Positions 9,350-20,204 of a stretch of DNA of 64,000 bases are shown here, in pieces. The stretch covers positions 93,955-157,954 of the forward strand of contig NHBH01000001.1 of NCBI GenBank assembly GCA_002168225.1, in the 5' to 3' direction. The translations under genes were made by a program, and so were the position numbers. The first letter of the stretch is position 1, and each line of letters starts with the position of its first letter. The notes beneath the pieces were generated by a model that saw only the letters and a program-made list of their open reading frames with translations, ran no database searches and was not told the origin of the DNA. This stretch comes from Micavibrio sp. TMED2 (lineage in GTDB: Bacteria; Pseudomonadota; Alphaproteobacteria; TMED2).

Positions 9350-11839
9350 ATGGTGCAGTTTTCAGTCCGCAATCGGGCAACCATTGATGAACCCCGCCTT
9401 CCGCTGTTGCCACCGGCATTGGTGGCGCATCTGAAACGCCTCGGCGTCTGGGTTCAGGGGCTGGTGATCATGCTGTTCGGCCTGGCGCTGGTATTGGCAC
9501 TGTTCAGCTACAATCCCAATGACCCGTCGATCAACACTTCAGTCAGCGATAATGGCAATGCCGCGCTGGCAATCCAGAACTGGCTCGGCGGCTTCGGTGC
9601 CCTGATTGCCGATCTGGCGATGCAGTGGCTGGGTGCAGCGGCGAGCTGGATGGTCGGCCTCGGCATTATCGTTGCCGGTTTCCGCCATATCCGCCGCAAG
9701 CCGGAGACCCCGTCACGCATGGCGCTGGTGCTGCCGCTGTTTACCGTGCTGGCACTGCTGACCGCGATTGGCGTGGCGCTCATGGAACCGGCTGAGCTGA
9801 TCTCCTCGCGCAGCCTGTCACTGGGCGCACCATGGCAGGTTGTCGCCGCCAGTATCGCACCATTTGTCAATGGCCTGCTCGGTGGCTACGGTCTTACCGG
9901 CCTTGCCATCCTCATGACCCTGATCGGTGTTGTCGGCTTTGTCGGTCTGCTCGGCTTCCGCCATCATCATCTGGCCTATCTGCAGCCGGTTCTTGGCGGT
10001 ATCGGCAGTGCCGGTGCCGGTATCATCAGCCGCTTCCGCCGCCCGGACCGCGACGAGGCAGACGCGGAAGCGCAGGACGATGCCGATGCCGACACCTGCA
10101 TGGATATCGACCACGATGAGGACATGGTTGAGGAACCGGCAGCCACCAGCCCGCGCGGCCCACGGCTCGACCTGCCCGGCAAGAAGCCTGCCGCTATCGA
10201 AATCGACGCCAATGAAGCGCCCAAACGTCAGGCAAAAGCACGTCAGACCGCCCAGCCGAGCCTTGGCCTGAAAGGCAGTGGCAACAGCGGCAACAACAGT
10301 AACAGCGATTATGAGGAACCGTCGCTGTCCCTGCTCTATGCCCCGACCGCTGAGGAACTCGCCGACCAGCCGACCGAGGATGCGCTGCAGGCCAATGCCG
10401 GTCTGCTTGAAGGTGTGCTCGCCGATTTCAGTGTGAAGGGCGAGATCCAGAAGGTACGCCCCGGCCCGGTGGTCACGCTCTATGAGCTGGAACCGGCCCC
10501 CGGCACCAAATCCCAGCGGGTTATCGGCATCGCCGATGATATTGCCCGCTCCATGTCGGCCATTTCCGCCCGTGTCGCGGTGGTGCCCGGCAAGAACGCC
10601 ATTGGTATCGAGCTGCCGAACGAGACGCGCCAGACCGTCTGGCTGCACGAAGTCCTCGCCGACCGCAGCTATCAGGGCACCAAATGCAAGCTGCCACTGG
10701 CGCTTGGCAAGGATATCGGCGGCGCGCCGGTTATTGCCGACCTCGCGCGTATGCCGCACCTGCTGGTCGCCGGTACCACCGGTTCCGGTAAGTCGGTCGC
10801 GGTCAACACCATGATCCTGTCCCTGCTCTACAAGCTGTCGCCGGAGCAGTGCCGCTTCATCATGATCGACCCGAAGATGCTGGAACTCTCCATCTATGGC
10901 GATATTCCGCATCTGCTCTGCCCGGTCGTGACCGAGCCGAAGAAAGCCGTGGTCGCGCTCAAATGGGTGGTGCGCGAGATGGAGGACCGCTATCGCGCCA
11001 TGTCCAAGCTGTCGGTGCGCAATATCGACGGCTATAACCAGCGCGTGACCGAAGCCCGCAAGAAGGGCGAGGTGCTGACCCGCAAGGTACAGACCGGCTT
11101 TGACCCCGATACCGGCAAACCGGTGATCGAAGAGGAACCAATCGCCCTCGACGAGCTGCCCTATATCGTCGTGATCGTCGACGAATTTGCCGACCTGATG
11201 CTGGTCGCAGGCAAGGAGATCGAGGCGGCGATCCAGCGTCTGGCCCAGATGGCCCGTGCCGCCGGTATCCATCTGATCATGGCAACCCAGCGCCCATCGG
11301 TCGACGTGATCACCGGTACCATCAAGGCGAACTTCCCGACCCGGATTTCCTTCGCGGTCACGTCCAAGATCGACAGCCGCACCATCCTCGGCGAGCAGGG
11401 TGCGGAACAGCTGCTCGGTATGGGCGATATGCTCTACATGGCGGCCGGTGGCCGGATCAACCGGGTCCATGGCCCGTTCGTCAAGGATGAAGAGGTCGAG
11501 GCCATCGTGAAGCATCTGAAGATGCTCGGCCCGGCTGATTACATCGATGCGGTTACCGATGACAGCGGTTTCGAGGACAGTGAAATGCTCGCCGCCGCCA
11601 TCGGTGAGGGCAGCGGCGGTGATGATGGCAACAGCGGTGACGAGCTGTTCGACCGCGCGGTTGACCTCGTCGCCCGTGAGCGCAAGGCATCAACCAGCTT
11701 TATCCAGCGTCATTTGCAGATCGGCTACAACCGTGCCGCGCGGATCATCGAGGATATGGAAAAACAGGGCATGGTCTCTGCCGCCAACCATGTGGGCAAA
11801 CGCGACGTCCTCCTCCCCGATCGCCGGGGCGAGGAATAG
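9350..11839 (+). CDS. ftsK: DNA translocase FtsK
   Basis: N-terminal TM helices, linker, [14 protein letters not shown] Walker [10 protein letters not shown] Walker B, gamma domain [14 protein letters not shown] 9350 preferred over 9212. Confidence 0.97.
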   Translation: MVQFSVRNRATIDEPRLPLLPPALVAHLKRLGVWVQGLVIMLFGLALVLALFSYNPNDPSINTSVSDNGNAALAIQNWLGGFGALIADLAMQWLGAAASWMVGLGIIVAGFRHIRRKPETPSRMALVLPLFTVLALLTAIGVALMEPAELISSRSLSLGAPWQVVAASIAPFVNGLLGGYGLTGLAILMTLIGVVGFVGLLGFRHHHLAYLQPVLGGIGSAGAGIISRFRRPDRDEADAEAQDDADADTCMDIDHDEDMVEEPAATSPRGPRLDLPGKKPAAIEIDANEAPKRQAKARQTAQPSLGLKGSGNSGNNSNSDYEEPSLSLLYAPTAEELADQPTEDALQANAGLLEGVLADFSVKGEIQKVRPGPVVTLYELEPAPGTKSQRVIGIADDIARSMSAISARVAVVPGKNAIGIELPNETRQTVWLHEVLADRSYQGTKCKLPLALGKDIGGAPVIADLARMPHLLVAGTTGSGKSVAVNTMILSLLYKLSPEQCRFIMIDPKMLELSIYGDIPHLLCPVVTEPKKAVVALKWVVREMEDRYRAMSKLSVRNIDGYNQRVTEARKKGEVLTRKVQTGFDPDTGKPVIEEEPIALDELPYIVVIVDEFADLMLVAGKEIEAAIQRLAQMARAAGIHLIMATQRPSVDVITGTIKANFPTRISFAVTSKIDSRTILGEQGAEQLLGMGDMLYMAAGGRINRVHGPFVKDEEVEAIVKHLKMLGPADYIDAVTDDSGFEDSEMLAAAIGEGSGGDDGNSGDELFDRAVDLVARERKASTSFIQRHLQIGYNRAARIIEDMEKQGMVSAANHVGKRDVLLPDRRGEE

Positions 11840-11846
11840 GCGCGGG

Positions 11847-12272
11847 TCAGCGCGGCGGTTTGCGGGTTTCGGTGGGGCGTGGATCGCCGATGGCACGACG
11901 CGGTGCGGTGCGGCGATCGCCATCACGGTTACTGAGGTCAACCAGACTGCGCGGCCCTGATGGCAGGGACATTAGCGGCAGTTGCGGGATCTGCCCGGCA
12001 TTGCCGCCGCCCAATGGCCGACCAGCAGCCCAGTCGGCCACTGCATGATCGGCATCACCGCCCTTGCGCACCTGTTCGATCAGCGAGCGGCGCTGTTTGG
12101 CACGATCACCGGCAAGCGAGATACCGGCGGTCGAGCCACGAAGCTGGATCCGGCGGGCGAGATCGAGCATCTCCTCGGCGAAGAACTCCTCCGGCTTGCG
12201 ACCGGCAAGCTCAGCCGCTTCCTGAAGCGCCTGATGATCCTCATCCGATAATGTGATGGTCAGCTTTTTCAT
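11847..12272 (-). CDS. RHH / DUF1778 (TacA-like) antitoxin-like protein, copy B with C-terminal extension
   Basis: MKKLTITLSDEDHQALQEAAELAGRKPEEF is an RHH-type strand-helix-helix; paralog of 13191-13469. Confidence 0.65.
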   Translation of the reverse strand: MKKLTITLSDEDHQALQEAAELAGRKPEEFFAEEMLDLARRIQLRGSTAGISLAGDRAKQRRSLIEQVRKGGDADHAVADWAAGRPLGGGNAGQIPQLPLMSLPSGPRSLVDLSNRDGDRRTAPRRAIGDPRPTETRKPPR

Positions 12273-12385
12273 TCAGCTATTCATGCGTGGGGTGGGAGAG
12301 TATCGAAAGCCTTACCCGTGACCGGGGACAATCTGGTTGATACCCATACTATCCGAAAGACAACACAACAGAAATAGCATCCCGG

Positions 12386-13084
12386 TTAAAGTTTGCGGAC
12401 AATACTTGGCCCGGCCTGCTCTGTCTTTGCTTCCTGGGTCACCTCTGCCGTCGCGGCGGTTTTGGCCTGATGGGCGGCACGCCAGCCTCCCAGATCGACC
12501 ACATGCTGCTTGGCAGCCATCTTGTCCAGCGCCGGGCCGATATCGTCCCGCTTGATCGCCATGGTCCAGCTTTCCTTGTCGGCCTGATCCACGGTCGGGC
12601 TGCTCTCGAATTGCGCGTTGCCATAGAGCTTGCGCAGATGTCCCTGATTGTCCTGCGGATCAATGGTCATGCCGTCGATCTGCTGACCCATTCCCTTGGC
12701 GCGGTGCATGGCCGAGGCGAGCAGGGCACTGCCCAGCCCCTTGCCGGCATATTTCTCATCGACACCCATCTGGGCCACGAGGAAACCCTTGGCATCGCGG
12801 CCCTCAACACCGAGCAGCTCGGCAGGCGCGCTGCCTTCCCGGTATTCGGCACCCGGCACCATGGTCACATAGCCGAGAATTTCCGGTTTGGTTTTCGATT
12901 GGTCTGGATTGTCCCGGACCGCGACGAAGGTGATGCTGTCACCGCGTGTTGCGGATTGTCTGGCGGTCTTTTTCAGCCAGTTGTCGATCCGGTCATTGCC
13001 AGATGAGAAACCCTCGCGATCATGCTTTTTCGAGAGCTCTTCATACCTTATTTCACTAACGTCAAACCCTTTGGGATCGACCAT
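12386..13084 (-). CDS. GNAT acetyltransferase, TacT/AtaT toxin-like
   Basis: HDREGFSSGNDRIDNWLKKTARQ N-terminal signature of GNAT toxins; ILGYVT; acetyl-CoA motif GVDEKYAGKGLGSALL. Confidence 0.8.
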   Translation of the reverse strand: MVDPKGFDVSEIRYEELSKKHDREGFSSGNDRIDNWLKKTARQSATRGDSITFVAVRDNPDQSKTKPEILGYVTMVPGAEYREGSAPAELLGVEGRDAKGFLVAQMGVDEKYAGKGLGSALLASAMHRAKGMGQQIDGMTIDPQDNQGHLRKLYGNAQFESSPTVDQADKESWTMAIKRDDIGPALDKMAAKQHVVDLGGWRAAHQAKTAATAEVTQEAKTEQAGPSIVRKL

Positions 13085-13190
13085 AAATTACCCCATATCC
13101 CTTGTTCCCTTTAACAAGAGTACCCGACGGGGTTTGAATCACAAGATTTTTTAGTCAAAAAATTTTACCAAAAGCGGCTTATTCAGCCGT

Positions 13191-13469
13191 CTATTCCTTT
13201 GTATCCAGATCAGGATTGGCGCGCGCCCAGTCCTGAATGGCGGTATCGCCCTCACCGGCCCGGCGCACCGCATCGAGCAAAGCGCGGTTTTTTGACTGAC
13301 GGTGCCGGTCGAGCTTCACCGCCGACAGATTGCCGTGCAGGTTGATGATCCGGGCCAGCGAGAGGATTTCCTCAAGGATAAAATCATCAATGTCGCGCTC
13401 GGCAATCTTCGCCGCCGCCTCCAGATCTTCGTACTCGTCATCATCGAGCTCGAGGGCAATGTTCTTCAT
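13191..13469 (-). CDS. RHH / DUF1778 (TacA-like) antitoxin-like protein, copy A
   Basis: 92 aa, acidic; MKNIALELDDDEYEDLEAAAKIAERDIDDFILEE; directly upstream of the GNAT gene. Confidence 0.68.
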   Translation of the reverse strand: MKNIALELDDDEYEDLEAAAKIAERDIDDFILEEILSLARIINLHGNLSAVKLDRHRQSKNRALLDAVRRAGEGDTAIQDWARANPDLDTKE

Positions 13470-13515
13470 GCCGGTACCAGTCAGTAAAGGTTCTATCGAT
13501 CAGGATATGTTCTGA

Positions 13516-13809
13516 TCAGTCCTGCTTCTCTTCACCCTCTTCCATCGGCATGTCGCCGGGATAGGGGTATTTGCGCGCCCAGTCCAGATCGGCATCGGAA
13601 AGACGGACACAGTTGAAGACCACCGCCTTCTTGTCGATCGCCTCCTGTGCATCCGGCCAGCGCTCGACCTCGATTGCGATCCGGCGGTTCAGTTCAGTCT
13701 CACAGGCCTCAAGCGAGGTAAAGGCAGAGGGTTCGCCTGCCCAATGTTCCATCTGCGGGCCTGTAAGAAAATTCGACGCAACGACCAGAATAACAAAGAT
13801 ATCAAGCAT
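13516..13809 (-). CDS. Small hypothetical exported protein with two cysteines
   Basis: Hydrophobic N-terminus MLDIFVILVVA; LEACE...FNCV pair. Confidence 0.55.
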   Translation of the reverse strand: MLDIFVILVVASNFLTGPQMEHWAGEPSAFTSLEACETELNRRIAIEVERWPDAQEAIDKKAVVFNCVRLSDADLDWARKYPYPGDMPMEEGEEKQD

Positions 13810-13984
13810 TTCACTTTCCCCGCCTGTGATGCAGCATCCAAGATACCGTGTGAAAATCCGGGTAAAGTGTAGCTGCAATCAGTTTCAACACAAGCATAAC
13901 CGGCTGACCGGATATGTCCGGCACGCAGTTTTATAGGCGGCAGCCCTGTTTTTTTGCGGCGCAACAGGGTATGAAAGCGCGCGC

Positions 13985-14034
13985 CTGTCAGTGACGGGCA
14001 ATCCTCATGACAATCGGCTTACCGTAACTGGCAG
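13985..14034 (+). ncRNA. Structured 5' leader hairpin, candidate sul1 RNA motif
   Basis: CTGTCAGT-G-ACGG pairs with CCGT-A-ACTGGCAG (one G-U pair) and ends 7 nt before the SulP ATG. sul1 RNAs are described upstream of SulP genes in Alphaproteobacteria; no covariance search was run. Confidence 0.5.
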
Positions 14035-14041
14035 TACCGCC

Positions 14042-15526
14042 ATGGATTTTTACACGACCTATCGCGACCAGTGGTTCGGCAATGTCCGCCGCGATCTTCT
14101 TTCCGGCCTCGTTGTGGCACTGGCCCTGATCCCGGAAGCAATCGCCTTCTCGATCATCGCCGGGGTTGACCCCAAGGTCGGGCTCTATGCATCGTTCTCC
14201 ATCGCGGTGATCACGGCGATTACCGGCGGACGTCCGGGCATGATTTCTGCCGCCACCGCCGCGACGGCGGTTCTCATGGTCACGCTGGTCAAGGAATACG
14301 GCCTAGAGTACCTGCTGGCCGCCACCATTCTGGCCGGGGTGTTGCAGGTTGCCGCTGGGTTGTTGCGACTGGGCGCCGTCATGCGCTTTGTCTCGCGCTC
14401 GGTCATGACCGGCTTTGTAAACGCGCTCGCGATCCTGATTTTCATGGCCCAGCTGCCGGAACTGATCAATGTGACCTGGCTGACCTATGTGCTGGTCGCC
14501 GCCGGTCTCGCGATTATCTATCTGTTCCCCTATATCACCAAGGCGATCCCCTCGCCGTTGGTCTGCATCATCGTGCTGACCTCGCTCAGCGTGTATTTCG
14601 GCTTTGACGTGCGCACGGTGGGCGATATGGGCGAATTGCCATCGAGCTTCCCGGTGTTCCTGCTGCCGCAGGTGCCGTTCAACCTCGAAACCCTGATGAT
14701 CATCCTGCCCTATTCCGCCGCCGTTGCCGCAGTCGGTCTGCTCGAGAGCCTGATGACCCAGAACCTCGTCGATGACCTCACCGACACCACTAGCAGCAAG
14801 AATCAGGAGTGCATCGGTCAGGGTCTGGCCAATTTCGCCACCGGCTTTATCGGCGGCATGGCCGGTTGCGCCATGATCGGCCAGTCCATGATCAACGTGA
14901 AGTCAGGCGGTCGCGGTCGTCTGTCCTGCTTCATTGCCGGGGTGCTGCTGCTGTTCCTGATCGTGGTGATGGGCGATCTGGTTGCCCGCATCCCGATGCC
15001 GGCGCTGGTCGCGATCATGATCATGGTTTCGGTCGGTACCTTCAGCTGGTCCTCGATCAAGAACCTGCGCGAGCATCCCCGCTCTTCCTCCATCGTCATG
15101 GTCGCCACCGTTGTCGGTGTCGTCCTGACCCACAATCTGGCCATCGGCGTGCTGATCGGTGTCCTGCTCTCGGCGATCTTCTTCGCCTGGAAAATCGCCC
15201 AGATCATGCGCGTGTCTTCGACCCTGTCCGAGGATGGCAAGTCACGTACCTATGTGGTCGAGGGTCAGGTGTTCTTCGCCTCAGCCGAGGCCTTCACCGC
15301 CGCCTTTGATTTCAAGGAAGCGCTGGAGCAGGTCACCATCGATGTCAGCCGGGCGCATATCTGGGATATTTCCAGCGTTGCCGCCCTTGATATGATCGTC
15401 CTGAAATTCCGCCGGGATGGTGCACAGGTCGAATTGATCGGCCTGAACAAAGCCAGCGAAACTATCGTCGACAAACTTGCCATCCATGATAAACCCGGTG
15501 CAATGGACGCATTGCTGAACCACTAG
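14042..15526 (+). CDS. SulP family anion permease with STAS domain
   Basis: [33 protein letters not shown]-terminal STAS (GQVFFAS...[10 protein letters not shown]). Confidence 0.93.
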   Translation: MDFYTTYRDQWFGNVRRDLLSGLVVALALIPEAIAFSIIAGVDPKVGLYASFSIAVITAITGGRPGMISAATAATAVLMVTLVKEYGLEYLLAATILAGVLQVAAGLLRLGAVMRFVSRSVMTGFVNALAILIFMAQLPELINVTWLTYVLVAAGLAIIYLFPYITKAIPSPLVCIIVLTSLSVYFGFDVRTVGDMGELPSSFPVFLLPQVPFNLETLMIILPYSAAVAAVGLLESLMTQNLVDDLTDTTSSKNQECIGQGLANFATGFIGGMAGCAMIGQSMINVKSGGRGRLSCFIAGVLLLFLIVVMGDLVARIPMPALVAIMIMVSVGTFSWSSIKNLREHPRSSSIVMVATVVGVVLTHNLAIGVLIGVLLSAIFFAWKIAQIMRVSSTLSEDGKSRTYVVEGQVFFASAEAFTAAFDFKEALEQVTIDVSRAHIWDISSVAALDMIVLKFRRDGAQVELIGLNKASETIVDKLAIHDKPGAMDALLNH

Positions 15527-15565
15527 AACAACAAGGCATCAAGCCGCCGATCCCGCCCGAAGGAA

Positions 15566-16465
15566 ATGCCCGCCATGACCACAGCCACAACTACCGATAC
15601 CCCAGCCTATGCGCCGAAACTCGTGGTGTTTGTCGATGGCTCGGTCTATTCGCGCAGTGTCTGCGATCATGCCGCCTGGATTGCCAGACATACCGGTGCC
15701 TCGGTCGAGCTGTTGCATGTGATTGACCGGCGCAAGCTGGCAAGCCCACCGAGCGACCTCAGTGGCAGCATTTCCCTCGGTGCCCGTTCTGCGCTGCTGG
15801 AGGAACTCTCCAACCTTGACGAGCAACGCTCACGCCTCGCCCAGCTCCATGGCCGCGCGATCCTTGAGGATGCGAAGGCGGTGATGGATGAGGCCGGTAT
15901 CGAGAACGTCTCCACCAAGCTGCGGATCGAGGATGTGGTCGAGGCGGTTACCGAAACCGAAGCCGATGCCGACCTGCTGGTGATTGGCAAGCGCGGTGAG
16001 GCAGCCGATTTCGCCAAGCTGCATCTGGGTTCAAATCTCGAACGCATCGCCCGGCACAGCAAGAAGCCGGTCTTTGTCGCATCCCGCGCCTTCAAACCGG
16101 TCAAGCGCTGCCTGATTGCCTATGATGGTGGACCAAGTGCCATGAAGGCAGTGGACCATATCGGTCGCTCCAAGCTCTTCGCCAATCTCGAATGTCACAT
16201 CCTGATCGTTGGCGAGGACAGCAAACAGAACCAGCAGCGTCTCGCCGACGCCAAGGCACTGATCGAGGCCGGTGGCCACAAGGCGAGCGGCGAGATCATC
16301 CCCGGCATCCCGGACAAGACCATTGCCCGCGTTGTCGATGAGCAGGGTTTCGACCTGCTGGTCATGGGCGCCTATGGCCATTCCCGCATCCGTAACCTGC
16401 TGATCGGATCGACCACCACGGAAATGATCCGCGCCTGCCTCGTGCCGGTCCTGCTGTTCCGCTAA
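15566..16465 (+). CDS. Universal stress protein (two USP domains)
   Basis: VFVDGS...DLLVIGKRG...LGSNLE; IAYDGG...LLVMGAYGHSRIRNLLIGSTT. Confidence 0.92.
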   Translation: MPAMTTATTTDTPAYAPKLVVFVDGSVYSRSVCDHAAWIARHTGASVELLHVIDRRKLASPPSDLSGSISLGARSALLEELSNLDEQRSRLAQLHGRAILEDAKAVMDEAGIENVSTKLRIEDVVEAVTETEADADLLVIGKRGEAADFAKLHLGSNLERIARHSKKPVFVASRAFKPVKRCLIAYDGGPSAMKAVDHIGRSKLFANLECHILIVGEDSKQNQQRLADAKALIEAGGHKASGEIIPGIPDKTIARVVDEQGFDLLVMGAYGHSRIRNLLIGSTTTEMIRACLVPVLLFR

Positions 16466-16617
16466 ATCCGCCGATCAGAGCGCCATTCCCTGCTGCCCGC
16501 AGCCCCTAAAACAGCGGGTACAAACGGCTGCCGTGAGCAATAATTTCATACGCTTACGTTAATAAAATTTTGTCTTTTTTGCGGCATACCGGACATACGG
16601 GGTTGTATTAGCAACCA

Positions 16618-16636
16618 GCGAACATATATTGTTCGC
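16618..16636. promoter_or_regulatory. Palindrome GCGAACA-TATAT-TGTTCGC upstream of proV, candidate operator
   Basis: Perfect 7-bp inverted repeat in the AT-rich promoter region, 33 bp before the proV ATG. Confidence 0.4.
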
Positions 16637-16669
16637 AAACCTCAAAGATAATCACAAATATATGGAAAC

Positions 16670-17884
16670 ATGCCGCAAAAGCCTGAACCAAAAATCAAGG
16701 CCGAAGGAATCGTCAAGATATTCGGCAAAGAGCCACAAAAAGCTCTGGAATATTTAAATAGCGGCTATTCTCGCGAAGAAGTATTGCAGAAGACAGATTG
16801 CGTTATTGGCGTTAATCAAGTCAGCTTTGAAGTAGACGAGGCCGAGACCTTTGTCGTGATGGGCCTTTCCGGCTCCGGCAAATCCACCCTGATCCGCTGT
16901 ATCAACCGCCTGATCATGCCGACCCAGGGCTCGATCGCGCTTGATGGCGAAGATATCGTTACCGCCTCAACTCAGCGCCTGCGTGACCTGCGTCAGCAAA
17001 AGCTCGGCATGGTGTTCCAACATTTCGCCCTGTTGCCGCACAAGACCGTGCGTGACAACGTTGCCTATGGCCTGCACGTCATGGGCATCTCCAAGGAAGA
17101 GCGCTATGCACGGGCCGAGAAGGCAATCGACGAGGTTGGCCTGACCGGCTGGGCCGATGTGAAGCCGTCCAATCTCAGCGGCGGCATGAAACAACGGGTC
17201 GGCATTGCCCGTGCCCTTGCCATCGACAGTGAAATCCTGCTGATGGATGAACCGTTTGGTGCGCTTGACCCCCTGATCCGCCGCGATATGCAGGACATGA
17301 TGATCGACCTGCAGAAGAAACTGCGGAAGACCATCATCTTCATTACCCATGACCTGCTCGAGGCGCTGAAACTGGGTGACCGTATCGCGATCATGAAAGA
17401 AGGCCGCTTCGTTCAGATCGGCACACCGGAAGACATCGTCTCCAAACCCAAAGACCCTTATGTGGCCGACTTTGTGAAGGATGTGGACCGCGCCCGGGTG
17501 CTGAAGGCATGGACCCTGCACAAGGACCAGCCGACACTGACCCCGGACATGACCGCCGGTCAGGCTCGTGAGGTAATCGACGGACTGAGCGCGACCGGTG
17601 CCTATGTCACCGATGCGGATAACAAGCCGATCGGCGTGGTTGAGAAACGAACCGTCCATGACAGCGGTGCCAACATGGCTGCGCCTGTTGCCGAGGTCAT
17701 GAAGACAGATATTGACCCTGTGGACTGCAACGCCCTGCTCGTCGACCTGTTTGCCCATTGCCGGGATGACCGGCCGATTGTGCTGGCCGACCCGGACGGC
17801 ACCATGCGCGGCATCGTCAAGCCGTTCGAGCTGTTCCAGCGCTTGGCCGAGCTGGAAGAGAGCGACCCAGAACTGGCCGCCTGA
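16670..17884 (+). CDS. proV: Glycine betaine/proline ABC transporter ATP-binding subunit
   Basis: GLSGSGKST, LSGGMKQRV, LLMDEPFGALDPLIRRDMQ, C-terminal CBS pair. Confidence 0.93.
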   Translation: MPQKPEPKIKAEGIVKIFGKEPQKALEYLNSGYSREEVLQKTDCVIGVNQVSFEVDEAETFVVMGLSGSGKSTLIRCINRLIMPTQGSIALDGEDIVTASTQRLRDLRQQKLGMVFQHFALLPHKTVRDNVAYGLHVMGISKEERYARAEKAIDEVGLTGWADVKPSNLSGGMKQRVGIARALAIDSEILLMDEPFGALDPLIRRDMQDMMIDLQKKLRKTIIFITHDLLEALKLGDRIAIMKEGRFVQIGTPEDIVSKPKDPYVADFVKDVDRARVLKAWTLHKDQPTLTPDMTAGQAREVIDGLSATGAYVTDADNKPIGVVEKRTVHDSGANMAAPVAEVMKTDIDPVDCNALLVDLFAHCRDDRPIVLADPDGTMRGIVKPFELFQRLAELEESDPELAA

Positions 17885-17939
17885 TTGATGCAGGCCTCAG
17901 CACGCAGACACAGAACGAGCATAACCAACTGGAGCCAAA

Positions 17940-18917
17940 ATGGCTGATCAACTCCTATACCGGCCGTCCGAACTGTTCGGACGCCTCCCCGTCGATGATG
18001 TGGTGCAGGATGCCGTGCGCGGCCTTGTCCGTGACTACCGCTATGTCTTTCAGGAAATGAAAAAGCCGATTGATTGGGTGTTGACGACCCTCAATGACGG
18101 CTTACTGGCCACACCGTTTCTGGCCTTCACCATCATTCTGGTCCTGCTCGCCCTGCGCTATGCCAGCGTCGGCACGGCCATTTTCACCGCCATCGCACTT
18201 TGTGCCATCGAAATGATGGGCGTCTGGGACGAGACCATGACCACACTGGCCATGGTCCTGACCTCGGTGCTGTTCTGCGCCATCATCGGCATCCCGCTCG
18301 GGGTTGCAGCGGCCCGGTCCAAAACATTTGACCGCATCCTGCGCCCGATCCTCGACGTCATGCAGACTACCCCGGCCTTTGTCTATCTGGTGCCGGTCGT
18401 AATGCTGTTCAGCGTCGGCCTCGTGCCCGGTGTGATCGCCACCATCATCTTTGCCCTGCCACCGCTGGTGCGCCTCACGACGCTCGGCATTCGGCAGGTG
18501 CCCAACGAGATTGTCGAGGCCGGTCGCGCCTTCGGTGCCAAACCGCACCAGATGCTGGTCGATATCCAGCTGCCGCTTGCCTGGCCTTCCATTATGGCCG
18601 GATTGAACCAAACCCTGATGATGTCCCTGTCCATGGTCGTGATTGCGGCCCTGATTGGTGCCGGCGGCCTCGGCCTGCGGGTATTTCAGGGCATTGGCCG
18701 CCTCGATATCGGTGCCGCCACCGTCGGTGGTCTCGGCATCGTACTGCTCGCCATCATTCTCGATCGCATCACCCAGGGCATGGGCGAGTTGAACCGCACG
18801 CCATCGCGCTGGGATCCGGTCGAGTTTATCGGGCGTCTGCTGCTGATGCGTAACAAGGTGATCGATGAAGGCAAGGATGCGACTCCCGATACAGGTGCCG
18901 CCAAACCGGCGACCTGA
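17940..18917 (+). CDS. proW: Glycine betaine/proline ABC transporter permease
   Basis: LDVMQTTPAFVYLVP; EAA loop EIVEAGRAFG. Confidence 0.93.
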   Translation: MADQLLYRPSELFGRLPVDDVVQDAVRGLVRDYRYVFQEMKKPIDWVLTTLNDGLLATPFLAFTIILVLLALRYASVGTAIFTAIALCAIEMMGVWDETMTTLAMVLTSVLFCAIIGIPLGVAAARSKTFDRILRPILDVMQTTPAFVYLVPVVMLFSVGLVPGVIATIIFALPPLVRLTTLGIRQVPNEIVEAGRAFGAKPHQMLVDIQLPLAWPSIMAGLNQTLMMSLSMVVIAALIGAGGLGLRVFQGIGRLDIGAATVGGLGIVLLAIILDRITQGMGELNRTPSRWDPVEFIGRLLLMRNKVIDEGKDATPDTGAAKPAT

Positions 18918-19083
18918 GCCGATAACCAAGGAATAACCTGATCGCCGACTTTGGTCTGCGGCCAGATCAGGATGACCGATGATCCACGAAGACGTGCCAC
19001 AGCCAGAGGGATCAACTTCAGACCAGCAACAGAACGACCTGAACCCACCGGTTCAGCCCTATAAATTTTAAAAGGAAGCAATA

Positions 19084-20145
19084 ATGACCCATCTTACCAA
19101 GACTTTGAAAGCCAAGGGCATGGCTGCATTCGCTATTGGCGGATTCATGGCCGCCAGCCTTGCGCTGACCCCGGTTGCTAACGCAGCTGATGAACTGCCC
19201 GGCGAGGGCAAGAGCGTTAAAATGGCGCGCGCCACATGGGATACCGGTTATTTCCCGGCTGAAATCTATCGCAAGGCACTGCAGGAACTCGGCTATGACG
19301 TCGGTGTCCCGAACGACCTGCAAAACCCGATCTTCTATCAGGCGGTTGGCCTCGGTGATGTCGATCTCTGGGTCAATGGCTGGTTCCCCGGCCACGGCTC
19401 ATACCGTGATGCCTTCGAACCGGGCGCTGAGCTCGTCGGCTATGTCGCCAAGGGCGGTGCGCTGCAGGGTTATCTGGTGGACAAAAAAACCGCCGATGAA
19501 CTGAACATCAAGAGCTTCGAGGATTTCAAGCGTCCGGAAGTCAAGGAAGCCTATGACAGCAACGGCAATGGCCTCGCTGAAATGGTTGCCTGCCCACCGG
19601 GCTGGGGCTGTGAAATCGCGATTCAGCACCATTTCAAGGAGTATGGCCTCGAAGGTAATGTTGAGCTGATCAAGGCCAGCTATTCCGCCTCCATGGCCGA
19701 TGCGATTGCCAAATATGAGAATGGCGAGCCGATCTTCTTCTACACCTGGACCCCGAACTGGGTCGTTGACGAGCTGAAACCCGGCGAAGATGTCGTCTGG
19801 ATCGAAGTACCGTTCCTGACCCTGCCGGAAGAACAGGCCGATGATATCAGCAAGGCCGAAGTGGCCGATGTTGTGGGCTGTGTCTCCAACCCGTGTAAAA
19901 TGGGTCACCCGGCCAATGACATTCGTCCGGTTGCCAATACCGAGTTCCTCGAGGACAACCCGGCAGTCCGTCGCCTGCTTGAGGTCGCCAGCGTTCCGCT
20001 TGCCGACATCAATGCCCAGAACGCCAAAATGTTCGCCGGCGAAGACAGCCAGGAAGATGTCGAGCGCCACGTCAATGAGTGGATTTCAGCCAATCAGGAA
20101 ACCTTCGACAGCTGGATCGAACAGGCCAAAGCCGCAGCCATGTAA
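19084..20145 (+). CDS. proX: Glycine betaine/proline ABC transporter substrate-binding protein
   Basis: Signal peptide; ACPPGWGCE and FYTWTPNW typical of ProX. Confidence 0.92.
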   Translation: MTHLTKTLKAKGMAAFAIGGFMAASLALTPVANAADELPGEGKSVKMARATWDTGYFPAEIYRKALQELGYDVGVPNDLQNPIFYQAVGLGDVDLWVNGWFPGHGSYRDAFEPGAELVGYVAKGGALQGYLVDKKTADELNIKSFEDFKRPEVKEAYDSNGNGLAEMVACPPGWGCEIAIQHHFKEYGLEGNVELIKASYSASMADAIAKYENGEPIFFYTWTPNWVVDELKPGEDVVWIEVPFLTLPEEQADDISKAEVADVVGCVSNPCKMGHPANDIRPVANTEFLEDNPAVRRLLEVASVPLADINAQNAKMFAGEDSQEDVERHVNEWISANQETFDSWIEQAKAAAM

Positions 20146-20170
20146 TCCGGCATAAAATCAATCAGTCAAA

Positions 20171-20204
20171 ACGGGGCGTCGCATAACTGCGCGCCCCGTT
20201 TTTT
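20171..20204 (+). terminator. Rho-independent terminator of proVWX
   Basis: ACGGGGCG...CGCCCCGT stem followed by a T-run; the IS is inserted immediately downstream. Confidence 0.85.

Noticed and set aside
9818-11515. 565-aa antisense ORF within ftsK
   Set aside because: Shadow ORF from GC-rich codon bias on the opposite strand; no motifs.
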